Shown: positions 29,428 to 39,055 of the stretch, one piece after another | Layout of the letters: each line of letters starts with the position of its first letter | How positions within the stretch are numbered: the first letter of the stretch is position 1 | Assembly: GCA_041662985.1 (NCBI GenBank) | Contig: JBAZRJ010000004.1 | Span: forward strand, 2,389 to 66,388 | Length of the DNA: 64,000 bases | Reading direction: 5' to 3' | DNA from: Clostridia bacterium | Lineage (GTDB): Bacteria > Bacillota > Clostridia > Acetivibrionales > JBAZRJ01 | Notes under the pieces: model-generated | Databases searched by the model: none | The model's input: only the letters and a program-made list of their open reading frames with translations | What the model was told of the DNA's origin: nothing | Translations under genes and position numbers: made by a program

Positions 29428-29931
29428 TTAATCTTCTGTTGCTGCAATGCATTCGGCACTAAGTGAAATCACGCGCTTTTGACCGTCAAATTCAAACTCT
29501 ATCCAGACTCTCCGCTTGTGCTTGTCCAGCTTAATAATTGTTCCAAAACCGTCTGCAAGAGGACCTTCAACCACTCTTATACTGCTGCCTTCTTCAAGCA
29601 CTTTAGATGGTGTAATATTTCCCCGGTTTCTGTATATCCACATCGAATACTCGTAATCCGCTCCGCCAAGTTCTCTAAATCCCGTCTGATACTGAAGCAC
29701 TTTATAAATATTCGAGACCTTGCTCCTTAAATTAACGCCTATTTTATCTTCCGAAAAAACAAATATATATCCCGGAAGCAATATCTGCTCACGCTGTTCC
29801 CAAATACCTTTGCGTTTTTGCGATAAAACGCGGACAGGCGCTATTGCATTAATACTATCGTCAATTGAATTGATATTGCTTGCAATGCTGTTTTCCATCC
29901 CTGTCTTGCAAAATACACAGTAAGATTTCAA
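29428..29931 (-). CDS. NusG-paralog transcription antiterminator (LoaP/UpxY-like; NGN + KOW)
   Basis: NGN-like YCVFCKTGMEN and ILLPGYIFVF. KOW-like GSSIRVVEGPLADGFGTIIKLDKHKRRVWIEFEFDGQKRVISL. Start placed at TTG 29931 (9 nt after AAAGGTGA). ORF-track TTG 29940 abuts the RBS. Confidence 0.75.
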   Translation of the reverse strand: MKSYCVFCKTGMENSIASNINSIDDSINAIAPVRVLSQKRKGIWEQREQILLPGYIFVFSEDKIGVNLRSKVSNIYKVLQYQTGFRELGGADYEYSMWIYRNRGNITPSKVLEEGSSIRVVEGPLADGFGTIIKLDKHKRRVWIEFEFDGQKRVISLSAECIAATED

Positions 29932-29951
29932 AAATCTCAATCACCTTTCCG

Positions 29952-30488
29952 TTAATTATCAATTCTGCTCAACAAATTAATGTACTCAATGCCCTGTTCT
30001 TTGTATGCTTGCTCTTTTTCGCCCTCCCACAATATTACTAAAGGACTACTGCCATTTTTAGTGTGGGTATCTTTAATATCGTCTATGCAATTGATCCATA
30101 TAACCTTCGATAATTTTTGTTCATTCAATACATGCTTAATTATTTTTTGAATTTCATCATTACTTCCGTCAATATAGACGGTATGACCATCGGATAAGTA
30201 CTGCCTGCATATAAGCGACAATTCCTGATTAATCGATAATACAAGCTTTACAGCACTTTGGATGTAGTTGTAAGTTCTTTTTGTGTTTCTGGCAATCCCC
30301 TGCGGAGTTAGAATGTATCGCAGATTTCTTGTGTTAATCTTCTCAATTGTAATCAAGCCCTTTGTTGCGAGCCGGTGCAGCACAAGATTAAGATTGCCAA
30401 GTGATAAATCGGTGTATTTGGCTAATTGCCTTTGAGAAACATTCTCATCCTTTGCAATATACTTCAAGATTTTCTCGTCATGTTTCAT
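29952..30488 (-). CDS. Winged-helix (MarR-like) DNA-binding protein with uncharacterised C-terminal domain
   Basis: N-terminal wHTH (VSQRQLAKYTDLSLGNLNLVLHRLATKGLITIEKINTRNLRYILTPQG). The ~90-aa C-terminal alpha/beta-like domain has no motif I recognise. RBS AAAGGTGA 7 nt upstream. Confidence 0.6.
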   Translation of the reverse strand: MKHDEKILKYIAKDENVSQRQLAKYTDLSLGNLNLVLHRLATKGLITIEKINTRNLRYILTPQGIARNTKRTYNYIQSAVKLVLSINQELSLICRQYLSDGHTVYIDGSNDEIQKIIKHVLNEQKLSKVIWINCIDDIKDTHTKNGSSPLVILWEGEKEQAYKEQGIEYINLLSRIDN

Positions 30489-30527
30489 TGCATCGTCACC
30501 TTTGTTCTGAAATTGAACATATCGTAA

Positions 30528-30556
30528 ATTTTACAGGAATTGGATTGTTTTGTCAA
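30528..30556 (-). promoter_or_regulatory. Sigma-A-type promoter of the regulator / NusG-paralog / glycan operon (TTGACA-17-TAAAAT)
   Basis: Minus strand: -35 TTGACA (30556-30551), a 17-nt spacer, -10 TAAAAT (30533-30528). About 40 nt upstream of ATG 30488. Confidence 0.6.
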
Positions 30557-30591
30557 GTGCAGAACAGTAATTTTACATAAATTTTACAAAT

Positions 30592-30630
30592 AAAAAAGCA
30601 CCGTTCCTAAACAATGTCAGAAATGGCGCT
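30592..30630 (-). terminator. Intrinsic terminator after rfbD
   Basis: Minus strand: AGCGCC...GGUGCU stem with an inner UUUCU/AGGAA extension, followed by UUUUUAUUU. Starts 33 nt after the rfbD stop. Confidence 0.6.
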
Positions 30631-30663
30631 TGACTAAAATATATTTATGTTTGTATTTTAGTG

Positions 30664-31524
30664 TTACAATGAAGAACCTATTGCTCCAAGTTCAACAAGA
30701 TATCTCCGTAATGCGTCCTTCCATTCCGGCAATCTGTCAAAACCGGATTTATCCAGACTTGTCTTTGAAAGCCTTGAATTCTTAGGTCTTTTAGCCTTTG
30801 TCAGATAACGTTCGGAAGTTATTGGATTAACCTTTACACTCTTCCCAATCAGTTTGATGATTTCAACACCGATGTCAAACCAATCACAAAAGCCTTCATT
30901 TGAAGCATGGTAAATACCGTATTTATCGGACAGAATAATTTTGCTGATAAGCTTTGCAAGGTCATATGTGTACGTCGGTGAACCAAATTGATCCGAGACA
31001 ATGTTTATGACATCTTTTTCTTCACTCAGCCTAATTATTTTTTTGACAAAATTATCTCCGTTCATTCCAAACAGCCAAGAGATTCGCAATATAAAAAACT
31101 TGTCCATCATATTTTCGATTTCGATTTCACCCTGGTACTTAGTGATTCCGTAATAATTGATTGGGTTCGGAACCCGGTTGGTTTCATATGGTTCAGATCC
31201 TCTTCCGTCAAATACGTAATCTGTGCTTATATAAAGGAGTTTAGCGTCGATTTCCTTGCATGCCGAAGCAACATTTCTTGTCCCCAATACATTTACTTCA
31301 TAACACAGCTCTCGTTCCTCCTCAGCCCGGTCAACTGCGGTATAACCCGCACAGTGTACCACCGCATCCGGTTTGTACCTGCTGATGAATTCATTTGTCC
31401 GGTATTGATCAATTATGTTAAAATCATTCTTATCAATACCCAGACATTCAATTTTCTCTTCCTTGAGCCTTTTTAAAACGTCGGTTCCGAGTTGTCCGCC
31501 AGCCCCTGTCACCAATACTTTCAC
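30664..31524 (-). CDS. rfbD: dTDP-4-dehydrorhamnose reductase
   Basis: VLVTGAGGQLG, YISTDYVFDG, YGITKYQGE (YxxxK). GTG start after GAGGTGAGG. Last gene of the rfbACBD cassette. Confidence 0.9.
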   Translation of the reverse strand: MKVLVTGAGGQLGTDVLKRLKEEKIECLGIDKNDFNIIDQYRTNEFISRYKPDAVVHCAGYTAVDRAEEERELCYEVNVLGTRNVASACKEIDAKLLYISTDYVFDGRGSEPYETNRVPNPINYYGITKYQGEIEIENMMDKFFILRISWLFGMNGDNFVKKIIRLSEEKDVINIVSDQFGSPTYTYDLAKLISKIILSDKYGIYHASNEGFCDWFDIGVEIIKLIGKSVKVNPITSERYLTKAKRPKNSRLSKTSLDKSGFDRLPEWKDALRRYLVELGAIGSSL

Positions 31525-31548
31525 GACCTCACCTCATTCATATTATCT

Positions 31549-32601
31549 TTAAATTATGCCTTTAACTATTTTTAACTCCTTCCGATTTCCGTACATATTA
31601 TCAAAGTAATTAATATATTCTCCGTTTATTATGTTTTCCCACCAATTTCTATTTTCAAGATACCACCTGACGGTCTGTTTAATTCCCCTATCAAAGCTAA
31701 TCTCGGGCAGCCATCCCAATTCCCCGGTTATTTTTGAATGATCAATTGCATATCTCAAATCGTGGCCGTCTCTATCTTTCACAAATTTGATGAGAGTTTC
31801 CGGTTTTCCCAGTTCTTTTAGAATTGTTTTAACTACATCAAGGTTTGTCTTCTCATTGTGTCCTCCAACGTTGTAAATCTCGCCGTCTGTTCCTTTGTGA
31901 ATTATTAAGTCGATGGCTGTGCAATGGTCTCCGACATATATCCAGTCTCTTATGTTTTGCCCTTTGCCGTAAACAGGGAGCGGGAGATCACTAAGTGCTC
32001 GGGATATCATCAATGGTATAAGTTTTTCGGGAAAATGGTATGGTCCATAGTTATTCGAACATCTTGAAATCGTAATCGGCATCTTAAATGTTCTGTAATA
32101 TGAAAGAACCAATAGATCAGCCGCCGCCTTTGATGCCGAATATGGAGATGACGCGTGCAGTCGCGTGTCTTCGGTGAAAAATAAATCTGTTCTGTCCAGA
32201 GGTAAATCTCCGTAAACCTCATCGGTGGAAATCTGATGGAACCTCTTAATATTGAATTTCCTTGAAGCATCGAGTAATATCTGAGTTCCGAGTATATTTG
32301 TCTTAAGGAAAACACTGCATTCTTCGATTGATCTGTCTACATGCGATTCAGCTGCAAAATTAACAACAAAGTCGAATTTCTCTTTGTCAAAAAGGGAAAA
32401 GACCGTATCACTGTCTGTAATGTCACCTTTTACAAATTTGAAATTCGGGTTTTTCATTGCATCATCCAGAGTTTCAAGATTACCCGCATAAGTCAGGTTG
32501 TCCATGCAAACAATTCTCGAATCCGCATATTTTTCAAGCATATAATAGATGAAATTACTGCCTATAAATCCTGCTCCGCCTGTAATGAGATAATTCTTCA
32601 T
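31549..32601 (-). CDS. rfbB: dTDP-glucose 4,6-dehydratase
   Basis: ITGGAGFIGSNF, HQISTDEVYGDL, YSASKAAADLL. Start moved to ATG 32601 (ORF-track 32616). Confidence 0.95.
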   Translation of the reverse strand: MKNYLITGGAGFIGSNFIYYMLEKYADSRIVCMDNLTYAGNLETLDDAMKNPNFKFVKGDITDSDTVFSLFDKEKFDFVVNFAAESHVDRSIEECSVFLKTNILGTQILLDASRKFNIKRFHQISTDEVYGDLPLDRTDLFFTEDTRLHASSPYSASKAAADLLVLSYYRTFKMPITISRCSNNYGPYHFPEKLIPLMISRALSDLPLPVYGKGQNIRDWIYVGDHCTAIDLIIHKGTDGEIYNVGGHNEKTNLDVVKTILKELGKPETLIKFVKDRDGHDLRYAIDHSKITGELGWLPEISFDRGIKQTVRWYLENRNWWENIINGEYINYFDNMYGNRKELKIVKGII

Positions 32602-32605
32602 ATAT

Positions 32606-33175
32606 TCACCCCACATAATTAAAGATAATCTCCAGATCCTTTAAATATGGCTGGTTTTTATCTTTTTCAGATAAAATGATTTCGTCAATTCCATCAAGCG
32701 GCCATTTGACACCTATGTCCGGGTCGTTCCACAAAACGCCGCATTCGAACTCAGGAGCATAATAGTCTGTGCACTTATAATTGAAAACAGCAACATCAGA
32801 TAAAACAAGAAATCCGTGGGCAAATCCTTCCGGAATATAGAACTGTTTCCTGTTTTCTGCCGATAATATTACTCCATTCCATTGACCAAAGTTTGGCGAC
32901 CCTTTTCTCAAATCGACAGCAACGTCATAAACGCTGCCTTCGGTAACTCTTACAAGTTTACCCTGAGTTTTTTTGATTTGAAAATGGAAACCTCTTAAAA
33001 CACCTTTTGTTGACTTTGACTCGTTGTCCTGAACAAACTCCATATTAAATCCTTCTTCAGCAAATTCCTTTTTATTGTAGTTTTCAATAAAGTAACCTCT
33101 GTCATCACCAAACAATTGCGTTTCAACGATGTATAGGTCTTTAATTTCAGTTTCGGAAAATTTGAATTTATTCAT
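32606..33175 (-). CDS. rfbC: dTDP-4-dehydrorhamnose 3,5-epimerase
   Basis: RmlC cupin motifs ([26 protein letters not shown]). Confidence 0.95.
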   Translation of the reverse strand: MNKFKFSETEIKDLYIVETQLFGDDRGYFIENYNKKEFAEEGFNMEFVQDNESKSTKGVLRGFHFQIKKTQGKLVRVTEGSVYDVAVDLRKGSPNFGQWNGVILSAENRKQFYIPEGFAHGFLVLSDVAVFNYKCTDYYAPEFECGVLWNDPDIGVKWPLDGIDEIILSEKDKNQPYLKDLEIIFNYVG

Positions 33176-34070
33176 TTATATCCTCCATGTAGTGTCCAAG
33201 CTTTTTGACTGTTGCAATATTTGCAAGGTACTGTCCGTAATCAGTTTTCATCAATGGTTCTGCAAGTCTCAAGAGTTGTTCCTTTGTAATGAAGCCCATT
33301 CTGAATGCTATTTCTTCAATGCACGAAACATAAAGTCCCTGTCTGACTTGAATCGCTTCGACAAAATTCGCGGCTTCCAAAAGCCCCTTGCAGCTTCCCG
33401 AATCAATCCATGCCATGCCTCTGCCGAAAAGCTCAACCTTAAGCTTTCCCCGTTTCAGGTATTCACTGTTGATGGCACTTATTTCAATTTCGCCTCTTGC
33501 TGAAGGTTTAAGCTTTTTTGCAATTTCAATTACATCATTGTCATAAAAATAAAAGCCTGTTATTGCATAGTTGGACTTCGGGTTGACAGGTTTCTCCTCA
33601 ATTGAAATGACATTATCGTTTTCATCAAACTCAACAATGCCAAAATCTCTTGGATTGCTGACATGATATACAAAAATGGTTGCGCCTGTCCTTCGCTTCA
33701 TGATATTTTTGAGCCTCTCGGAAAATCCATAGCCAAAGAAAATATTGTCACCGAGTATCAATGCCACTCTGTCTCTGCCAATAAATTTTTCGCCGATTAT
33801 GAATGCATCCGCAATTCCCCGTGGCTGTTCCTGAATGGCATATTGTAAATTTAATCCTATATCCTTTCCATCACCCAAAAGTTCAATAAAAGTATCAATA
33901 TCCCTTGGGGTCGAAATAATCAGGATATCTCTGATTCCTGCAAGCATCAGCACAGATAAAGGATAATAAATCATAGGTTTGTCATATATTGGCAATATTT
34001 GCTTTGAAACCGATTTTGTTATAGGATACAACCGAGTTGCAGCACCGCCTGCAAGAATTATTCCTTTCAT
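33168..34070 (-). CDS. rfbA: Glucose-1-phosphate thymidylyltransferase
   Basis: [48 protein letters not shown] 6 nt upstream. Confidence 0.95.
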   Translation of the reverse strand: MKGIILAGGAATRLYPITKSVSKQILPIYDKPMIYYPLSVLMLAGIRDILIISTPRDIDTFIELLGDGKDIGLNLQYAIQEQPRGIADAFIIGEKFIGRDRVALILGDNIFFGYGFSERLKNIMKRRTGATIFVYHVSNPRDFGIVEFDENDNVISIEEKPVNPKSNYAITGFYFYDNDVIEIAKKLKPSARGEIEISAINSEYLKRGKLKVELFGRGMAWIDSGSCKGLLEAANFVEAIQVRQGLYVSCIEEIAFRMGFITKEQLLRLAEPLMKTDYGQYLANIATVKKLGHYMEDINE

Positions 34071-34136
34071 CGCATATCCTCCGTTGAATTGATTTTATAT
34101 TTTGAATATTACCCGCAATAAATCATATTTAACCCT

Positions 34137-34172
34137 AAAAAATGCAAACTAAACAAAGTTATAGGCTTGCAT
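34137..34172 (-). terminator. Intrinsic terminator after the DegT aminotransferase (end of the Wzx/Wzy locus)
   Basis: Minus strand: AUGCAA...UUGCAU outer stem with an inner CUA(U)AAC/GUUUAG pairing, followed by UUUUU. Confidence 0.55.
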
Positions 34173-34198
34173 TCCCAAATCCCTGTCCCTCTTGTCTC

Positions 34199-35293
34199 TT
34201 AACTTAAAATAATGTCACATATTCTGTCGATATCTTCCGGCGAAAGATCCCCATAAAGAGGGAGAGTAAGCACATTGTCCGCAGTTTTTTTTGCAATAGG
34301 TGTTTTATTTACATCAAATCTTTCTTTATAGCATTCATAAGTGTTGGTGAGTGGGTAAAAGTATTTCCTCGCAAATATGTTTCCCGCTTTAAGTTTCTCG
34401 CAAATTCCGTTACGATCGAGCTTATATTCATCGAATATTACCGGAAAATATGCATAATTGCTTTTTACATTCGTTTGGATTTTGGGAAGTTTAATTCCTT
34501 TGATATCTCTTAACCTTTCCGTATATTTGTCAAAAACATCTTTTCGGTTTTTAATCTCATTGTCGATATGACGAAGATTGCAGATTCCCATGGCAGCCTG
34601 AAACTCATTCATCTTGGCGTTTCCACCAATGCATTCAACTGATTCAGGACCTGTGATTCCAAAATTTTTGAGATTGTTCAAAATCTTGATTAATTCCTTA
34701 TTCTTCGAAGTAACCGCTCCGCCTTCAATCGTGTTGAATACCTTTGTGGCATGGAAGCTAAACACAGTCGCATCGCCAAAATTTGCGGCATTCTCACCGT
34801 CTTTAGACGCGCCGAATGCATGGGCTGCATCATAAATGACCTTCAGGTTGTGCCTCTTTGCAATTTTTTCAATTTTCTTTGTATCACAAACATTTCCAAA
34901 CACATGGACTGGAATTATAGCTGACGTCTTGTCTGTAATTAAGGCTTCAATCTTATTTTCATCAATATTGAAATCATCCGGATCAATGTCGCAAAATACC
35001 GGTTCCAGACCTTTCCGTACAATTGCATGTGTCGTGGAGGCAAATGTAAATGGGGTCGTAATGACTTCACCTTTTAGGTTTAACGCTTCTATCGTAAACT
35101 CTAGCGCCAGATGGCCGTTTGTAAACAAAACAATATTGGGTGTTTCAAGATATTCTATGAGCCGTGTCTCAAAAGTCCTGTGTTTGATGCCCATATTGGT
35201 AAGCCGGTAACTATCCCATAAATCGCTGATTTCTTCTGTGTATTCCTCAAAATAAGGCATTGAAGAACGCGTTACCTGTATGGAATCCGTCAT
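34199..35293 (-). CDS. DegT/DnrJ/EryC1-family sugar aminotransferase (dTDP-4-keto-6-deoxyhexose aminotransferase candidate)
   Basis: PLP-lysine motif SFHATKVFNTIEGGAV and a DAAHAFG motif. The regiochemistry (3- or 4-amino) cannot be read from the sequence. Confidence 0.8.
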   Translation of the reverse strand: MTDSIQVTRSSMPYFEEYTEEISDLWDSYRLTNMGIKHRTFETRLIEYLETPNIVLFTNGHLALEFTIEALNLKGEVITTPFTFASTTHAIVRKGLEPVFCDIDPDDFNIDENKIEALITDKTSAIIPVHVFGNVCDTKKIEKIAKRHNLKVIYDAAHAFGASKDGENAANFGDATVFSFHATKVFNTIEGGAVTSKNKELIKILNNLKNFGITGPESVECIGGNAKMNEFQAAMGICNLRHIDNEIKNRKDVFDKYTERLRDIKGIKLPKIQTNVKSNYAYFPVIFDEYKLDRNGICEKLKAGNIFARKYFYPLTNTYECYKERFDVNKTPIAKKTADNVLTLPLYGDLSPEDIDRICDIILS

Positions 35294-35296
35294 TGT

Positions 35297-35836
35297 TCAT
35301 GTACTCCTTTTCATGTTTTCAAAATCCTTCTTTAGGATGCTGACCAAAAAAACATCGTGATATCTGTTTCTCTTAAAAACATAATCTCTTAGGATTCCAT
35401 CCGTCTGCATTCCGACTTTTACAAGCATCTTCACAGATGCCGGATGGTCGGTGCGGACAAAACCATATATGAGGTTCATTCCGAGCTCATAAAACAAATA
35501 TTCAATAAGAAGTATCGAACTTTCTGTTCCATAACCCTTGTTTAGAAAATCTTCATTCAATAGCAGACCGCTCCAGTGTGCTTTCCTGTTTATGTAGTCA
35601 ACATCGTTGCAGCATATATATCCAATCGGCTTGTCATCTTCCTTTGTGCAAACCATTAAATATATCTGGTTGTAATTGTTGGATATTTTATCTTCTATCC
35701 ATTTTTTGTCGCGTTCTGACGAAATATAATATTTATTGCCGCAAGTCAGATCAAAAAGCATGTCATTGTTTCTTAGCTGATTTATGAAACTAAGATCGTC
35801 ATATTCAAACGCCCGTAGATAAAGTCTTTTGTCCAT
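35297..35836 (-). CDS. GNAT family N-acetyltransferase (RimJ/RimL-like)
   Basis: GNAT core (NKGYGTESSILLIEYLFYELGMNLIYGFV). Start moved to ATG 35836, 6 nt after AGGAGG. ORF-track start 35842 is a TTG. Confidence 0.8.
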   Translation of the reverse strand: MDKRLYLRAFEYDDLSFINQLRNNDMLFDLTCGNKYYISSERDKKWIEDKISNNYNQIYLMVCTKEDDKPIGYICCNDVDYINRKAHWSGLLLNEDFLNKGYGTESSILLIEYLFYELGMNLIYGFVRTDHPASVKMLVKVGMQTDGILRDYVFKRNRYHDVFLVSILKKDFENMKRST

Positions 35837-36830
35837 TTTCAACCTCCTCTTGTATATTATGAATTATATATTCCATATCATCCGGTCCATACCTCTGGTC
35901 ACAAGGCAATGGAAGGATATTGGCAGCGTATTTGTATTCGATGCTTCCTTCATCAGTATCATTTAGCACATTTGTCCAGAGTGTCGGAATATAAATCTTT
36001 TTGTCGATTAAATGTTTTCTGATTGACTCATTGCCGGGAAAAGTTGCCGGCATCTGTCCCCATAACCCCGTCCGATCTTTTATTTCAAGCGGGTATGCGA
36101 AGGGTGCATCCGGTATAGCCGGTTCAAGCTTGTTTATGACTTTGAGATTTTCGTGAAGCTTTGCGAAATTTTCGTTTCTTATTTTTCGGACCGCTTCATA
36201 GTCGATTGCCCCAAGAATGTTATGTGTAAAATCCGACATCCATTTTAAAGGTTCATCTTTAATATCCAACTCGTTTTTTTGAAAATCCTTGTAATAATCC
36301 GAAGCACCTGCCTCAAATCTGCCTAAAATATGTTTCATTCGGTCTCCGGATATATCTTTTCCCAAATTTTCATTAAATAAAACATCTGTTGAGAGATATG
36401 CTCCGTCAGGTACACCAAAAAACTTTCTGCAGGAGTAAAACGTATCAATTCCATTGATTGGTTTTTGAAAAAAAGATTGAACATTGTCGATTATTATTTT
36501 TTTATGTTTTTTCTTTAATAATCCTATAACTTCGTCTGTCAGCTGTCCGTAGTAATTGACAATGAGCAGATACTCTTCGTCTCCAAGCGGTACATCGAAC
36601 ATAGGTTCAAAATCCGCGCCGATATTGTAATATCCAAAGTCATAATTATTATGTTCAAGCATTTTTTTGATTGAATCGCACAAATAATATGGGATATACA
36701 GTTTTCTGATTTTTTTCGCCTTCAAAATATATAGGAGAGCATTGCTTGCTGTATTCAAAGGTATTAGCGCATTATGGTATTCATTGCTGCTTAGTTTCTC
36801 CAATCCAAAGTATCCGCCTATTTCTCTCAA
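35805..36830 (-). CDS. Distant DegT-like PLP-fold protein of unknown specificity
   Basis: YSCRKFFGVPDGAYL resembles the DegT PLP-lysine region, and the length suits an aminotransferase fold. TTG start 7 nt after AGGAGGG. Adjacent to a WbqC-family gene. Confidence 0.5.
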   Translation of the reverse strand: MREIGGYFGLEKLSSNEYHNALIPLNTASNALLYILKAKKIRKLYIPYYLCDSIKKMLEHNNYDFGYYNIGADFEPMFDVPLGDEEYLLIVNYYGQLTDEVIGLLKKKHKKIIIDNVQSFFQKPINGIDTFYSCRKFFGVPDGAYLSTDVLFNENLGKDISGDRMKHILGRFEAGASDYYKDFQKNELDIKDEPLKWMSDFTHNILGAIDYEAVRKIRNENFAKLHENLKVINKLEPAIPDAPFAYPLEIKDRTGLWGQMPATFPGNESIRKHLIDKKIYIPTLWTNVLNDTDEGSIEYKYAANILPLPCDQRYGPDDMEYIIHNIQEEVENGQKTLSTGV

Positions 36831-36842
36831 TTGAAATCCCTC

Positions 36843-37541
36843 CTAAACCAACTCATATTTATCGAGCATTTTCTTAATTTCTTCCTTAGAATTGAACATC
36901 ATTACGTCAATAATCGACAAATTAGGTGTGAATTTATTTTTAAACTGCTTGTATTTTGCGTTTTCAGTTTTCAAAAAGCTCAGTTTTACATTGTTTTTGG
37001 CAAAGTCGTCAACGCTGTAAAGTTCAATTCCCCCGATTGCATTGTAGTACTCATCTGCTCCAAGCTTCACACATATTTCAATTACCCTGTCTTGTCCTTT
37101 CAAATCATTGTTTTTATCCATTTCGGATGATATTAATATCTCTGTGCCTATATTTAAGTAATCACAAGTTTTTTTGATTGAATATTCCAGATAGCGCGCA
37201 AGATTTTTCTCACGGTTATTTATGATATCTTCAATTACATGATACACGCTTTCATACATGGGCGCTTTTTTATAGCAGCTTTCAATTGTCATAAGAATCT
37301 TCCTTATATTGACCGGATTTCCCATCTGCTCTAAGTCGCAGATTAGCTTGTTTTGGCTTGCATCTCTGACCTCAAGACTTATCATTTTGTCGGCTCCGTT
37401 CATCAGGATTCGATTCCTGTTTATCCAGCCGCCTTTTATATAATTAACATCATCGTGTATTACGTATTTGTCAGCCGCATTCATCAATTGCCAGTATCCG
37501 ATGTATGGAAAGAAGTATGGCTGCATTATTCCAATTCTCAT
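36843..37541 (-). CDS. WbqC family protein (unknown function, O-antigen-associated)
   Basis: N-terminus MRIGIMQPYFFPYIGYWQLM is the hallmark of WbqC-like proteins. Start moved to ATG 37541 (ATGA overlap with the wzx stop). The 74-aa upstream extension in the ORF track overlaps wzx. Confidence 0.75.
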   Translation of the reverse strand: MRIGIMQPYFFPYIGYWQLMNAADKYVIHDDVNYIKGGWINRNRILMNGADKMISLEVRDASQNKLICDLEQMGNPVNIRKILMTIESCYKKAPMYESVYHVIEDIINNREKNLARYLEYSIKKTCDYLNIGTEILISSEMDKNNDLKGQDRVIEICVKLGADEYYNAIGGIELYSVDDFAKNNVKLSFLKTENAKYKQFKNKFTPNLSIIDVMMFNSKEEIKKMLDKYELV

Positions 37542-39001
37542 TTTTGTTCTCCCTTTCTGTCTTTCAAAAGATCTCTTAAGGTGGTTATTAAGTATGTATA
37601 GCTTTTCAGTTTGAACAGGATTGCAGAAGATATATAAATGGCTGCTCCGGCACCGACCTGTACAATCAGCGTAAACAACGTCTCCATACGAAAAAAACTG
37701 ATACTGTAGACAATCAAGCCCATTGCAAAAGATATAAGAAGCGAAGGGAAAATATCGTTCCACTGCTCTTTATAACTGTAGTTAAGAAGACTCTTATTGG
37801 GATATGCATTTATAAAAAAGCAAATGGTGCTGATCAGAAGCATTCCGGCTGCGATTGCATAAATTCCAAAGAAGATGCTTATTGCCAAGATTACAATACC
37901 GATTGCTTTTTTAACGACCTCAAGCTTCAGAAAAATGTCACTTCTCCCAATTGCATTAATCGCCTGCAGGTTTGCTGTGTGAATTGAATACGGAGCATAT
38001 GCAAGACAGAATATTTGAAGGAAAGGAACACTTAATAGCCATTTATCAGTTAAAAGAATTTTTACCATTGGTTCGGCAATCGCAGCCAAGCCAATCATCA
38101 TCGGGAATATTATAAATGAGCTGGTTGTGATTGAACGGCGGACCATTTTCTTTACCTTTTGCCTGTCCTCCTGGTGATATGCGAGCGCGGGAAGCATTAC
38201 CGACTGTATCGAACCGTCAATATTTGAAACTATTATCGACGGAAACTGTTCACCTCTGTTGTAGAATCCCAATGCTGCAGGATTATAAATTTTCCCGATA
38301 ATCAGGCTTCTGAGATTAATATATAAAGTATCAATAAGCGATGCCACAAGAAGTTTCCATCCAAATGAAAACAAGCCTTTTAATCCCGATATAGAAAATG
38401 TTAATTTCGGTCTCCACTTTACGATAAACCAGAGAATTCCGGTAATTAGCAATTGATTGGTTATTTGCTGGACAACTAAAGCCCACACACCAAATCCTTT
38501 ATGCGCCATTGTTACACCGATTGTTCCGGATACAATAATCGCCCCCAGACTGCTGAAAAAAAGCTTTTTAAACTGCATATTTCTTGCAATGACAGCATTT
38601 TGAATTGAATTGAATGCACCAAGGATTAAAGTCAGAGACAGAACACGAAGAACAGATGTAATCTGCGGCAGTCCATAGAAGGCCGCAATCAGAGGTGCAA
38701 CAAAGAAAAGAATCAGTATTAACAGAACGGAAATCAGAATGCTCAGATAAAATACCGATGAAAAATCAGCTTCACTCACTTCTTTTTTTTGAATAAGGGA
38801 AACATTAAAACCATTTTGAATAAAAACATTTGCTACAGCAATAAATGCCAAAACGAGTGCTATTATTCCGAAATCGTCAGGTAAAAGAAGACGTGCAAGA
38901 AGAATTTGAACAACAAACTGTATCCCTTGTGTCCCTGCCCTCTCCAAACCTTTCCATAATAAAGATGAAACAACTTTAAGTTTATTTACTTCATTATCCA
39001 T
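37538..39001 (-). CDS. wzx: Wzx-type oligosaccharide flippase (MOP superfamily polysaccharide biosynthesis protein)
   Basis: About 12-14 TM segments. N-terminal LLWKGLERAGTQGIQFVVQILLARLLLPDDFGIIAL is typical of PST-family flippases. Confidence 0.85.
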   Translation of the reverse strand: MDNEVNKLKVVSSLLWKGLERAGTQGIQFVVQILLARLLLPDDFGIIALVLAFIAVANVFIQNGFNVSLIQKKEVSEADFSSVFYLSILISVLLILILFFVAPLIAAFYGLPQITSVLRVLSLTLILGAFNSIQNAVIARNMQFKKLFFSSLGAIIVSGTIGVTMAHKGFGVWALVVQQITNQLLITGILWFIVKWRPKLTFSISGLKGLFSFGWKLLVASLIDTLYINLRSLIIGKIYNPAALGFYNRGEQFPSIIVSNIDGSIQSVMLPALAYHQEDRQKVKKMVRRSITTSSFIIFPMMIGLAAIAEPMVKILLTDKWLLSVPFLQIFCLAYAPYSIHTANLQAINAIGRSDIFLKLEVVKKAIGIVILAISIFFGIYAIAAGMLLISTICFFINAYPNKSLLNYSYKEQWNDIFPSLLISFAMGLIVYSISFFRMETLFTLIVQVGAGAAIYISSAILFKLKSYTYLITTLRDLLKDRKGEQK

Positions 39002-39055
39002 AAGACTGTTCCTTTTTCGACTTGCATAATTTCTGAATCAAATGTGAATATTTCG

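Noticed and set aside
37542-37763. 74-codon N-terminal extension of the WbqC ORF
   Set aside because: It overlaps the 3' end of wzx in another frame. The WbqC family hallmark MRIGIMQPYFFPY begins at ATG 37541, which forms an ATGA overlap with the wzx stop.
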